Assembly: GCF_006345805.1 (NCBI RefSeq)
Contig: NC_043010.1
Span: 18,228,001 to 18,292,000 of the forward strand
Direction of reading: 5' to 3'
Source of the DNA: Octopus sinensis
Lineage: Eukaryota
DNA length: 64,000 nt
The notes under the pieces are model-generated. The model was given only the letters and a program-made list of their open reading frames with translations, was not told the origin of the DNA and made no database searches. Each line of letters starts with the position of its first letter. The stretch's first letter is position 1. The position numbers and the translations under genes were made by a program. Below are positions 12,103 to 25,328 of the stretch, piece after piece.

Positions 12103-13680
12103 GGGCACATTTTACCTGCTTCGCTATTCACTGCTTAGCTTTAATGAGAAGAGAAACACTTGTCAGCCACCTACCTGCACTGCTTGCGCTGTACCATTTG
12201 GCATAAATTGAAGAAAAGACAAGATGGTCATGGGTGGCTGGGATGGCTTTGATCAAAGGTTTCTTGGAACAGGACTGACCTGTGGCTAAGCACTCCGATA
12301 ACTAACAGTTGTGATAAAATGGTGTTGAGAAAATTATGGACGTATGTCTCACCTATATATCTGTACTGACCTATGGCCATACTGGGCACCATTTACAGTC
12401 TGCTGTACCTTAGTACTTATTGTCTTCAGAAGGATGAAATGTGTCCATAGCTCCTTTTTAGGGTCCCCAAATCTGGAGGGTATTTAGAGATTGGGAACCT
12501 GGTTTATATATCTGAAAGCACCCAAGGGTGTCCAGGTGTTGTTGAGTGATAGATTAATTCTACCACCCCAAGAACAGGTACCAATCCAGCAGCCCCAAAT
12601 TTCACAAAGTTCTAATCAATTCAAGCCTATAGTTGATGATTCTTGCCCAAGGTGTTGTGCAGTGGGACTGAACTTGAAGCCTTCTAATTGTAAACAAACT
12701 TGTTAGCAACTCGGCTGGGTTTATCCTCCTCACCCACCATCCAATATATAAACCCTCTGCATCAGATGAGTTGCAGTTTGGGATAAAAAAAAACCCATTA
12801 AATTATGCTGTTGTTTAGTGCAAGCATAGTAGCAGTTGTGCTGACCTCTGATCATGCATTCCAGCCATGACCATCTAGACTTTTCTTCACACAATATACG
12901 TCCAAAACCACAACATATTATTTGAAGATGGCATTGTGTGATTTGAGTGCTATTTCTAGCCAGTCAGGCACCTATTCAGAAGCTCCATTATTGGCTCTAA
13001 GTAAATCTACTAAAATGAGAAGTGGAATTTGTTTGTTTTTTACTTTTGAGGTGTTCCTTGCTTTTCTTGTATGTTTTGGCAATATTTAGTGTGGGTGGGG
13101 GTGATTTTGTCAAAGAGAAATGTGTTCTGTGAATTTTGTTAATGTTTGGTAAGAAAAAAGTCAAAGTACATATTTAAAAATATATCTTAATAATCCCTGA
13201 GTTTGCTGGTTGTACACACACACTCACTAATGGCCTTTGCTGGGTGTTATGGATGGTCCGAGCAGCAACCTTTTAACTTGTAGCTCTGCTCATGATTGAT
13301 CACCCTGATGTTGGTCCTTACAACTCTTCCACTGAAAACCAGATATAAGTGAGGTGCTGCCTGCTTGGATTGGTTTTTTTTTTTTTTTGGTCCTCATTTT
13401 GTCTTCTCACCTGGGGAATTGCAGTTGTCTCATGGCATTGTTCCAGACTTTTGCTATTAGCAACTCTTTCCCCATTTTTGAGATTAGACTCTTTGAAATC
13501 AGTTTTACTCTTCATACTGAATATACTCACCAAAGAGCAACTGTTTTGGACTCCTATAGTCTTCCATATGTTAAAAATGGTTTAGCTCTCATAATATACA
13601 AGATTACAAGTGTTTTCACTTCATATGAGAGAATGACAAAAGTAAAATGTATTTAATTCGTTTTTTTTTTTTTCCTGCAG

Positions 13681-13804
13681 CAAAAGCTCAAAGCAGGATA
13701 TATTAAAATATTTTACAGAAAAACTTCCCAATTTTAGTTATTTTCTCTCAAAAACTTCTTTTAATGTGTATGCCTTAATAGGAGTTCTTTTTACACAGAT
13801 CTAA
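13681..13804 (+). CDS. NMNAT: Candidate NMNAT terminal exon B (NKSSKQDILKYFTEKLPNFSYFLSKTSFNVYALIGVLFTQI*)
   Basis: Very strong acceptor (T-run + cctgcag at 13680); phase-compatible; 40 open codons in AT-rich DNA; TAA 13802-13804. Confidence 0.45.
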
Positions 13805-14600
13805 CACTTGTGTTTTGGCTGGGTTCTCAATGGCAGTATTTCTGCAATTGGCTCACTTTTGTAAGACAGAGAAGCAGGCAGGAAGTATTATTTTCCCTTA
13901 TATTAAATAATCTCTCTGTTTCGACATTTCAGTAGTTTTTGTTATTTTATATGCCATCTAATTTTGTTATAAAGAGCATACTGGATGTTTTGGGCTTTCA
14001 GTCCACATAAACCCTTGGAAAAACTCCGAGGATTGGAATACTCCAAAACGAGTACACAACTCTGATGAACAATATGTTCACTGGAGATGGAACTTGTTTA
14101 ATGTAACCAGTTCTAATGATGCAACTGGCTGTCGACAGAAAAGCAAGTATATTGTTTTTCATTAATCACTTTCTTGTTCATAATAATATAAAGAAAAAAA
14201 CCCTTGCTTCTCACCCTTGCAATAAGTAAATGGACAAACCATGCAAGAACATAAAATTGTGAACCCAGCCAGAAACAGTGGTGTTTATTGTTAGTTGTAA
14301 CATATCCATATTATGGACATTGAAGTAAAAAAACCCCAAAAAGCTATGAAAATCGTGTGAGTGACTTACACATTAGTTTTACCCACACAAAAGCTTAACT
14401 GAAGAGAAAAGGGCTGAAAGTGGGAACTTTTACTCAATATTTGAAATTATATATATGTGTGTGTGTATAATATATAAATGTTGGCATAAATCTTTAGGTA
14501 AATATATTCAATAAGAATATTATATACTGAATTTATATTGAGTGCTTGATTGTATAAAAATATTAATGCTATTAAAGTATTTATATATTTAATATGAGCG

Positions 14601-16347
14601 ATATATACGTATATTTTTTAATAATATATTATTATTATTAATATAAGGAAATCAATATTGAACTCATCATAAAGATATACCCTTGTGAAAGACCTTCTTG
14701 TATTATAAATATATAAATAGATATAAAAATATAATGTATAAGATAAATTTGATAGTTTAAAAGTTTTGAATTAATTATTTAAGCATCTTACAATCGTTTC
14801 GCAGAAGAGTTGTCCCTATAATGAATACAGCCACCAATAAATTGGTGGCTGTATTTGGCTTAAATGAGTGTATATGCGCTAAAAATCTTTGCTTAAAATT
14901 AACGGAACTACCTATATATACCTTACTTTGTGAATTATTAATTATTGTAATTCTACATTTGTATATTACATTAAATCTTCTACAATTGCCTTTTAAAGGA
15001 CATATTTTTTAAAATTTTTACAGGAGCAATTCTTATTTTTATTATTGTATGTCGTATCTATTATTGTTGTTATTTTCAGTGTGTGGTATTATTTGTTGTA
15101 GAATTAGGTATATTTATTGCTTTTAAATTATTATTTTTATTATTATCTTGTGGTGTATTATCTAAGGCATTTTGTATATTTTCACTTGTATTGTATTTAG
15201 AATTTTGCTTCGTTTTTTTTTTATATTAATATTATGTATTCCTGTATTATGAGTATTACATATACTCCGATTATTGGTTCTTATCATTACTATTATTATT
15301 TTTATCACCATCACTATTATTACTATTGTTACTGTCATCATTATTATGGCTATTTTTATATTTGGTAATTTTTCTTTTATTAGAACTGGCTATAATAGAT
15401 CCTAGGTTTGGTGTTGTAGAGAAAGATATTTTAATTGATGATCTATTAAATATATGATATTTACGATCCCTATAAATTTAACTATATTTAAAAACTTTTT
15501 TGCTAGTCCTTTAACATCTAATGTGAATGGAGGTGTGTACCAAATAATGTCTCTCTCTCCACTCCTATTAGGTAGTTTATTACAATTATATATTGGTTTT
15601 GGGATTTGTATATTTTTCATTGAGTATTTATTATTATTATTATATTTAGTTCTTTGCCTATCATTATTTTTTCTAAGTTTTTTATTGTATTGTGTAGAAG
15701 TTTCTTTATTATTAATTGCATATTATTATAATGTTTAAGGTTATCTTGATTTCTTGTTTTAGTATCGTATGTATTTTCATTTAATTCCGTTTGTGCCACA
15801 TAAGTTTTTAGTTTGGTATCCTTTATGTATTTAATATTTTGTTTGAATCTGCTAGCAACTAAAGCCTAATTGTAATAATTGGCATGATTATTAAAAATTT
15901 CTTCATTATAAGATATACTATTTACAATGTTTTTAAGTAATGATCTATGATGATTAGAATTAATATTTATGTATTTAAGGTATTCATTCGGTTTGTGAAA
16001 TGGAAAGTAGGTTGCATTATTAAGGTCTAAGGTAAAAATTTTTGTTTTAGAATAACTTTCTTCAAATGTAATAGATAAGCTGAAAATTTTATAAAATTTA
16101 TGTAATTCCTCTTTCAGATCTACCGTTATAGACAAGGAGTGCGTCGTCTCTTTATAATCTTCCCATCAAAGATGGGAAGTAGTATTTAGTCTCATGTAAT
16201 AAATACAATACTACCAGATCAATTTATTTATATATATTTTTAATACAACAAGGTCTTTCACACGTGTATATCTTTATGAAGAGTTCAATATTGATTTCCT
16301 TAAATTAATAATAATAATAATATATTATTAAAAAATATATGTATATA
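14601..16347 (-). mobile_element. Decayed Penelope-like element (RT thumb + GIY-YIG) bounded by about 120-bp inverted repeats
   Basis: TLDLNNATYFPFHKPNEYLKYININSNH (15866..16135), RDIIWYTPPF (15402..15620), CPLKGNC...VIYKC...KVYIGSS near 14900-15000; inverted repeats 14601-14719 and 16224-16347. Confidence 0.8.
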
Positions 16348-17229
16348 GATGTTGGCTAACAATTTGAGCTCTCTATGCAGTTACTCTACAACTTCATCTA
16401 ATAATATTTTAAAGCTCACACTCTGTCTTTATCAATTTGTTTAATAAACATTTTCTTTTTTCTATTGATTCTATTTTTGTACAATAAATGGACTGATTTC
16501 ACCTCTGTTGTAATCACTGACTTGTTCTTCCTCCTCTCCTAATTGCTGTGTCTCTGTCAGATCTGCTGACACAGAGTTGTGATGACAAAGGCTTCAGCTT
16601 ACAACACCTAAAACCACTCATCCTTACAAACTGACAGCTTCATTCTCTAAGTCTTATTTCTCATCCAAAACATGAAGTACAGCCTGCCAATCTTTTTCAG
16701 TCTCTTACAAAAAGCATCTCTACCAATTCCACTGAATCTTCCTTCCTTCCATCTCTCAACCATACTGGTTGTGTCAGCAAGACTTCATCCATGCAGAAAG
16801 TCTCTCCATTTGCTGCGCACCTAATGTGTGTGTGTAAGGCTGTCTAGTTGAACATCTTCGTGGTTTAACCCGATAACATTTAAACCAGCCATATCAGACC
16901 CAGATGTTCTGTTTTATAATCTAAGCAGCCAGATCCAACCCCTTACACCACAATGTCATTCTAAAAATAAGCAATCGCATCATCAAAATCTCAAAGATAC
17001 GAGACAATGTGACTAAATAAGCCTTCATCGTCATTTAACGCCTGCTTTACATTTAACGAAGTAATCTGAAGCTTAAAGGGTTTCGCAGTCTGGCAAAGTG
17101 TTGAGCCATTCTGCAGTGCACTAAGATTTTAAGACAATATTCATGTCTTGAGATATATTCATAGAAAGAAGTTAAGAGAAATTTAAGAAAATATCTTTAA
17201 TGATACTGTATCATCCAGCAGACTCTGTT

Positions 17230-17305
17230 TTAGGTTGATGGTGTTGGTAATTCCAGGGTTAGCAGTGACATTCCTGTACCACACACAGCTATAAAGATTC
17301 GCTTT
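17230..17305 (-). CDS. WDR6: WDR6 terminal coding exon 24 (RKRIFIAVCGTGMSLLTLELPTPST*)
   Basis: tatttgcag acceptor; AVCGTGMSL versus human ALGGQGLEV; TAA at 17230-17232. Confidence 0.88.
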
Positions 17306-18746
17306 CTGCAAATAGTAATTATAATTTATTACATAAATAATGATTTCTAATCAACAACAGTAATTGATATGTTGGTCTCCAAAATGGGGAATAATTAACG
17401 AGAGAAAAATAAATGCCCCAAAACTTGGCAATCTTCACCTGAGTGACCTTTCCTCATGAAAGTGAAGAAATCCTCTTGCACAAATCAAACTGGCAGCTTT
17501 AGACAATTTATCAGCATGGAGCCCCCCACCTTCTTCCTCCCAAAATTATTAAAGGAAAGTAGAAAATATATCACTTGAATCCTTTCTGCAGGATCAGCTG
17601 TGATCTGGATTAATAACGAGACCGAACCTGTGTGAGAGAACAATAGTCTGAGAGGATTTAGGGTTTTTCCAATCATTTCTGACATTTAATGAGTTCTTGA
17701 AGGACACTTTTATTGTTCTCCCCACATCCTGTTAAAAGCTTAACTCAACTGTCAGTAGTGACAGATCACAAACTTTTGAAATCTTTAATTTGTGACCTGA
17801 AATTCCTCTGGAGAAGACATCATCATCTTCATCAAAGCATATAGCATCATCCAGGCCATTGTCATCATAATCACCAACAGACTTATGTCACATCAGTTGT
17901 TGTTTAACCCCAGGTCAGCTTCTGATCCAACAGACAGACACCTAGTTTGTTGACAGTTGGTCAAATAGCTCAGTGTAAACTGTAGATCCATAACACCAGT
18001 TATACCAGACAGGATAGAAATATTGCACATTGGAACAATGTCTGGTTGAAGTCTCTCCATCTACTTTTCTCAGGCCAGAGTTTACTACCAAAAAAGGTAG
18101 TTCTCCAAAAACGACTTTGGAGAACCAAAAATTCTGTGAAATGCAGCAGAATTTGGAACGATAGCAACAACGGTTGAATGCTTAAACCACATGCTTACAT
18201 TATATACTGCTTTGACTTGTAGGTTGGAAAATATGGTTCTTGAATGTCTGAGATTACTGGCTCTAGTTAAGAAAACTTCCATCTAGTTGAGATGTCTTCA
18301 TATAGTTGCATATCACCACGAAACTGAGGGTTGATTTATCGTGAGGTATTCCCATCAAGTTGAAGTCAAAGCACCCACATAGAAGTGTATTGTTTATAAA
18401 GACTTGGTGGAGAGGAGAAATGCCAGCAGCCATGAACTGGTGGCTGGATGGCACTGAAAGCAAAGATCTGATCTGAATGTTTGTTACAGAATGGACTGAT
18501 GGAGTTTATCACACAATAGTCCTCAGGGGTTTCTCTACAGCTATCAATCAAGGTTCATTCAGATGGCATTTGGTCCACCTTTGACTAGGAGACACTTGCA
18601 AAAAGTGTTGGTATGGAATCTAAAATATTATTTTGATGCTGTCACTGTTAAAGTTTCCCTAAAAAGGGTGATTACTTTTAGTGTGAAATGAAAACAAAAC
18701 AGAATAATTCAGTTAAAAAAAAACAAAAAAAAATGTAAAAGCTTAC

Positions 18747-18814
18747 CTGTGTTGCCAGACGTCTATGTTAGAAAGGTCAGCGATTGTAACAAACTGACTG
18801 ATTACATATTTAAT
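18747..18814 (-). CDS. WDR6: WDR6 exon 23 (IKYVISQFVTIADLSNIDVWQH)
   Basis: AG/GT, phase 0-2; human VFHVPDVADMDCW. Confidence 0.88.
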
Positions 18815-19866
18815 CTGAAACAAGGAAATGGCATAAATAAAACAGAAAAACATTCATAAGAAATAAAAACAACAAAAAATGAAAGAGGCCTAAACATTTA
18901 AAACATTTTTTTACTGATTTCAGACAGTGGCCAGACTGGAGCATCACACATAAGGGTTTCAGGTATTAGACTGTTGTTGCATGAGGGCATCACATTGAAG
19001 GACTTTTAGCCAAGTCTCTCAACCCCAGTGCATTACTGGTACTTAGTTCACAGAACATACAAAGTGTAAAGCATACTTTGGTGTGAAGGGAAATAATTCA
19101 GTTGGCTTTTAATACTGCAAGGTATTTCTGTTTGAATGCACCAGATATCACCATGCACAAATATAAACATGGTGCAGGTACAGCTACTTGGTTAAGATGT
19201 GCATTTTGCAAACATGACGTTTGGGTTCGGTCCCCATTGTACGCCTGAGTTTCTGTCTGCCAAAACAACTAACAACTTTAATCAGCTTGGGCCTAAAATA
19301 GAAAAACACTTGCCCAAGGTGTCACACAATGGCATTGAACCTGCAATCATGATTAGGAAGCAAGCTTGACAACCACACACCAATCGTGCAATATATATTT
19401 ACACACACACAACCAATTGTTTTGAAGAGATCTGGATTAAAACAGAAAAAAAAAACAATCTAATTTGAAAACAGATAAGGGTTGGAGACAGCAAGAACAT
19501 CCAGGCATAAATACTGCCTCAATAAGTCACTGTCCAAACCGATGGCAAGATGGAAAATGGAGCAAAAAGAAACCACGAAGGCAGCCAGTTACTGCTCTTG
19601 TCAGAGTAATCTCCCTTTTCCAAAGTAATCTCTTGAAAAAAAGGCAATGAAGAAGCCATTGTCATTCGTTAACCCTGCAAGGGAGAGTAGCCAAATCTCC
19701 CTCAAATCATGCCTTGCTACCTTAAAAAAATGAATGAGATTGGATAATGTAGTTTTACAGTGCTTGGGGAAAAGTAGGATGGTCACGTCTGGAACGTCTA
19801 TATCTGGTGGACCAGTCCTGACATGTATCTATAGAAGAACAACCAACAAAAGTTCTCTCGTCTTAC

Positions 19867-20105
19867 CTGAGCAATTTCCTCTCCAAACAGCAGCTGCCAT
19901 ACACAGATGCGCTGATCAACGGACGAAGACACGAGGTAAGTGCTGTTTACAAACCAAACACCTGTAATTTGTGCAGCATGGGCACTGCAGTGGCTCACAG
20001 ACCTTTCACAGACAATATCGGTTCTGTCTTCCATAAGGGAGATGGCAAATTTCATGACAAAGAGAGCATTGTCATCACCACCAGAAGCCAACAAGAAACT
20101 GGAAT
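19867..20105 (-). CDS. WDR6: WDR6 exon 22 (DSSFLLASGGDDNAL...CSAHAAQITGV...SSSVDQRICVWQL...)
   Basis: ORF 19798..20136; AHAAQITG versus human AHAAHVTG; phase 1-0. Confidence 0.95.
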
Positions 20106-20839
20106 CTGAAATAAAAGATAAACATTTCAGGTTCAATGCTTACCACTTTCCAGTTTATTTGATGGAAAGTACGGAAGAGGACAGAGCTACACGTGTATAC
20201 TCATAAACATTCATACATTGGTCAACCTGAAGAAAGCTCCACAGGGACCCTTGCTATGTGATCTGAGGAGACCAGGAGTAAAGACTGGCTTGTGAAAGCC
20301 ATAGAAATTATAAACAGATACTGACAGTAAAGTGAGAGTAACAATGAACATAGTGTGCAGGGGGTTACCAGGGTTTGGTTCTCAGTCCCCTTCTATTCAT
20401 CACTGTTCTCCAGACTAGGAGAGTGTAAGACCATGTACTTGTAAGAACTGCTATAAGCTGATAACCTTATTGTCATAGCAGACTGTATAGTAGAATTAGA
20501 AAATGAAAAAAGAAATTCTAGGGAGGGAAAGAAGAGACCTCAAAGTAAATTTAGCAAAGATAAAGACCAAAGTTTCAGGAAATAGGAAAACAGGACTTGG
20601 TTTCTATCATGGAAATGGCTTTGTTTGATATAGGGAAAAAAAAAGGGTTGGTAGAAATTCTATACAATTTACAAAGTGCAAACTATGAATACACCAGAGG
20701 GGCAGTGGAATCCCAGGAAGATTAACAGAGAAAGTAGACTTTTTATAGAGAAGATGTGCAGGAGCAATAAACAAGAAGAGTGCATCGAAAATTGATTTTC
20801 TCCAATGTATATGAGGATCCCTAGACATAAGAGATAGTG

Positions 20840-21110
20840 TCTGTTACCTGGATGAGCTAATTAGCAATGAAGGAGATTGTTCTGAATTTATAGTTACTAA
20901 AGAACAGGATGGAGAAAGTTCAGAGAGTTTTTAGCTCGGTTGGTGACAAAAGATCTCTGTGTCTGAGTTAAAAGCAGATTGTATGAGGCTTGTGTGCAAA
21001 CAGCAATGCTGTTATATTGTGGTGAAATGTGGGCCCTGAATGCAGAAGACTTATGAAGACTAGAAAGAAATGAAGCCAGCATGTTTTAATGTTGCGTATC
21101 ACTGATTTTC
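20840..21110 (+). mobile_element. RTE-like relic
   Basis: VTKDLCLRVKSRLYEACV..CGEMWALNAED..RLERNEASM-like remnant. Confidence 0.55.
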
Positions 21111-21281
21111 AATGTCAGAGAGAAAACTGTGTTGGTTTGTGCAGTTGATGGGTCACTCCATCGTCCAGTTCTTAGTTTCATGGATGGGAAATTGTTTGGG
21201 TTTTATACATGAAAGCCTGAACAATCACACTGAGCACACACATGCAGACAGTCTAAAGGTATTTATAAGAGTAAATGTTAC

Positions 21282-21874
21282 CTTGCTGTTGTAACAGATG
21301 TAAGCTGTTGACACCCGATTGATGGGCAGACGTTTTGTAGATAAGACAATCATCATCAGCATCATCATCAATACTATTACAATGAGCCTCCTCTTCCTCA
21401 TCATCAATATCACCACCACCATCCTCGTTGCATTGAGAGAAACCAGATGAAGCATTTCCCATCAATGTTTGTGTCTGCCTGTCCAGTGGGTCACTGTCTT
21501 CTTCGATTGTGCGGATTGAGGAGGATTTGAAACAATGTTCTGAGGTGTTGGAGTTCACAGAAGTTTCAGCAAAATCTCGTGAAGGATGGGAACAGTGGGG
21601 TTGGTTGAGGAGCTGATGAAGGTGACCCTTGCAGATTGCAGTGATGTCCCAGAAGGCAAGGTGACCATCTGTTGCAGCTGAAACAAGGACTACAAGGGTC
21701 CTGTTGGCACCAGGCACACCACTGGTACTGCACTCATACAGAATATGAGACACTTGCAGAACACAGCTGCCACCATGGCACTGCTGCTGCCAAACCGAGT
21801 GCAGTTGGCTGCTGTTTCTGTTGTTCTTGTTGCTGCCATTTCTGTTGTGTTGTCGCTCGTCAAAGCAGAAAAGT
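21282..21874 (-). CDS. WDR6: WDR6 exon 21 (LFCFDE...CVLQV...SAATDGHLAFWD...AHQSGVNSLHLLQQQ)
   Basis: Contains ORF 21253..21753; SAATDGHLAFWD versus human SAATDGSLAFWD; phase 2-1. Confidence 0.94.
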
Positions 21875-22244
21875 CTGCAACAGTAAACAAAATGAAAGAA
21901 TCAGTGGACAGGATCCGAATGTCCGTGGCTGGATTACAGTGATTCACAAGCCATAAAACATCATTTATTATCAGTTTCACAATGGGAGTGGGATGAGAGA
22001 TACATTTCCTAGGGGAGAGAATGTTAGCCTGTTCCAGTAACAGTTTCCACTGCTGTGTCAAAATGTATATGAGCATGTATGTGTGTCAGTGTATAGATGT
22101 ACACATGTGATTGTGTATAGATGCATGTGTGTGTCAGTAAGTATATATATATATGCATGTCTGTAGCTATAGATGTGTGGATGTATGTATATATATATAT
22201 ATATATACACACACACAAAATGGCTGATTGTTATAAGAAAGGAG

Positions 22245-23071
22245 TCGGTGACATGTAAAAGCACCAACTGATTGTGACCGTTTGCCAACGTCTTCTGGCC
22301 CCTGTGCCGGTGGCATGTAAAAAGCACCCACTACACTCACGGAGTGGTTGGTGTTAGGAAGGGCATCCAGCTGTAGAAACACTGCCAGATCAGACTGGAG
22401 CCTGATGCAGCCTCCTGGCTTCCCAGACCCCGGTCGAACCATCCAATCCATGCTAGCATGGAAAACGGATGTTAAACGATGATGATGATGATATAATGTA
22501 ACCAGCCCATTTATGCATACTTTTCTTTCATTGGACACTAAACTCTGCTTGCAAAAACCCATTGAGGAAAGTGAAATCGAAATCAAATTTGCTGATGTGG
22601 CCAATGACAGCACCGCCTGACTGGTATCTGTGCTAGTGGAACGTTAAGAGCACCATCCAAGAGCTATTGTTGCCAGCAGACTGGCTCCCATGCTGGTGGC
22701 ACATAAAAAGCATCGTTAAAGCATGATCGTTATTAGCATCACCATACTGGCACTTGTGCTGGTGACACATGAAAAACAACATTTGAGTGAGGTCGTTGCC
22801 AGTGCCACTGGACTGGCTCCTGTGCAGGTGGCATGTAAAAACACCATTCAAGCATGGCTGTTGCCAGTACCGCCTGACTGGCTCTCATGCCAGTGGCACA
22901 TAAAAAGCACCTACTACACTCTTGGAGTGGTTGGCGTTAGGAAGGGCATCCAGCTGTAGAAACTCTGCCAGATCAGATTGGAGCCTGGTGCAGCCATCTG
23001 GCTTGCCAATACTCAGTCAAACCATCCAAACCATGTCAGCATGGAAAATGGATGTTAAACGATGATGATGA
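22245..23071 (+). repeat. Two tandem (GAT)n-tailed repeat copies
   Basis: Both end aaacgatgatgatg (22492, 23071). Confidence 0.8.
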
Positions 23072-23115
23072 TATATATATATATATATATACATGTTTGT
23101 GTAAATGTGTATGTA

Positions 23116-24310
23116 CACAGACATGCAGGAAGTAAATAGACACCTTTAATTTTCAGCGGTATAGAATTTACAAAGTAATTATTCTTTTTCATTCCAGGTG
23201 CCATTATATTAAACATTTGCGAAGAATAACCATGTCACGCACAAAAAATTCAACAGAACTGTCAGATTTTCAAAAATGTATTGTTGGGCAATCTGAGGCT
23301 GGTCTTAGCCAGTGAAAAATTGCTGAAAATCTTCAAATTCCTCTTGCTACTGTTAATAGAATTATAGTACAATTCAAAAGCCAAAGAAAAGAATCAACAG
23401 ATTCTCGTCCCGGCTGACCTAGGCCCTCGGAAAGGAAGTTTTGCTGTTCAAAGAGAATTGTGGAAAACGAATCTTGTTCAAAGGCTTCTGACATTGCAAA
23501 ACAGCTAGAAGTTAGTCCATAATAAGCTTGGGTATTATGGATGAGCAGCTAGAAGAAAACCTCTCTTCAACCAATTAATATCATGAAAAGAAAGAAATGG
23601 GCTAAGATGTCAGAAAAATCCAGTTCATTTTAGGATAGAGTGATTTTCTCAGATGAATCCAGATTTGCATTATTTTCAGACAGTGGATATGTTTGGGTTT
23701 GGAGGCTTCCCAATCAAGAATTTGATTTGAAATGACTCCAACCAACTGTGAAACATGGCGCTATCTCTGTAATGGTATGGGGAGCTGTCACCAGTAATGG
23801 TCGTTCTGAGCTAATTGAATGTGTTGGAACCATAAACTTAAGCAAGGACTACTTCCTATGTATTCACACGATAACATAACGAAAAATGAGTTTTTATTCA
23901 TGGAAGATGGGGCTCCATTCCACACAGCGAAAATGAATCAACAATGGTTGACTGAAAATGGGATCAAAAAGCTTCCTTGGTCGAGCTAATCTCCTGACAT
24001 GAACAACCCAACTGTAAATCTTTGGAGCATACTAGATAGAGCTGTACGAAAAACTCGACAGAAACCTAAATCTAAAGATGAATTGCTTCGATTGTTGCAT
24101 GAAAAGTGGGCAGAGATTCCACAAGAGACAATCAAAAAGCTCATCAGTTCAATGCCAAAAAGAGTTTCTGAATTAAAATCTGCAAAGGGAATGTCAACTA
24201 AATACTGAAGTATGTAGTCCTACCTATCGATTACATTTCAATTGTTCACTTTGCATATTAAATAAAAGATTTTGAAAATTAAAGGTGTCTTTACTTCCTG
24301 CATGTCTGTG
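23116..24310 (+). mobile_element. Tc1-family DNA transposon, complete but inactivated
   Basis: TIRs of about 40 bp (CACAGACATGCAGGAAGTAAA...), TA TSD at 23114-23115 and 24311-24312; transposase ATG 23232 to 24208 with FSDESRF, VMVWG, MEDGAP motifs; internal stops. Confidence 0.92.
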
Positions 24311-24850
24311 TAGTGTAACTAGTTGTATGTGTCGATGTATGTATAACTGGTACAGTCAACTCAATATCAATAATTGTTTGTAAGATAGGCTCATGGGCCA
24401 GAAATTTTGAGGAGGGGTCAATCAGTTACTAGTACTTGACTGGTACTTTATTTTACTAGCCCTAGAAGGATAAAAGACAAAGTTGATCTGAGTGGGATTT
24501 GAACTTGGAATGGCAGTCTCACCAATGCTCAATGAGTCTACCAATTCTTCAAGAGTAACAATAATAAAAATAACAACAAGAATGGTTTAAAATTTTGCCA
24601 CGAGGACATTTTGGGGGAGGGGATAAGTTGATTACATCGAGCCCAGTGCACAACTGGTACTTAATTCACTGACCCTGAAAGGATGAAAGGCAAAATCGAC
24701 TTTGGTGGAATTTGAATTCAGAACATAGTGACAGGTAAAATACAGGTAAGCATTTAGCTTGGTGTGCTAACGAGTTTGCCAGCTTGTTACCTTAAAAAAA
24801 AAGAAAAAAAAAAAAAGCTAGAGTAATGTTGCACAGAAAAGGTGACATAC

Positions 24851-25328
24851 CGTAGAGTACCATCAGAACAGGCTGCAGCAACAAACACAAACCCATTCTC
24901 TACACTAGTGTTGATCTGGTGTCCATGGAAAGCTGTGAGGCTTAAAATACGCATTTCTGGATCGAGGGTGAGCAGACGGGATTTCCAAAGTTTCGGAGGA
25001 CGTTTGACGAGAAATTCTGAACAGAGGTGTTCGTGGATATAATTGAATTCGGTTTTGTCTCCATCTTCTGTTTCTGTCTCTTCTTCCTCACTTACCACCT
25101 TCTCTTCTTTTCTGTCAGATGTTGAATTCACAATGAAGCGCCACACATTCAGCTGGGCCCGTCCACCTCCAGAAATCACCAAGAAGGCCTCAGCATCCAA
25201 TGTTGAAGGATGCAATGATGAGCCTGTGCTGGGTAGAACAGTCAAACACCGAACACTGGATATATGGGCTTGTAAAGTAGCTAGGGTCTTCATGTCTGTG
25301 GTGGTTGTGTTAGGGGCCCCAGAGTGTT
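24851..25328 (-). CDS. WDR6: WDR6 exon 20 (KHSGAP...AHISSVR...SGGGRAQL...DPEMRILSL...AAACSDGTLR)
   Basis: ORF 24787..25293; HISSVR, GGRA, DPEMR and AAACSDG match human WDR6. Confidence 0.95.

Noticed and set aside
14060-14075. CTGATGA near the Penelope element (also at about 38091-38097 on the minus strand) as a hammerhead ribozyme core
   Set aside because: No correctly placed GAAA or stem II could be built by eye.
17570-17630. Possible alternative WDR6 last exon after ctctcacacag
   Set aside because: The in-phase reading (RFGLVINPDHS*) lacks the conserved terminal CG.G motif found in 17230-17305.
21690-22076. 128-aa minus-strand ORF as an extra WDR6 exon
   Set aside because: Wrong frame; the WDR6-homologous frame starts at the acceptor at 21875.
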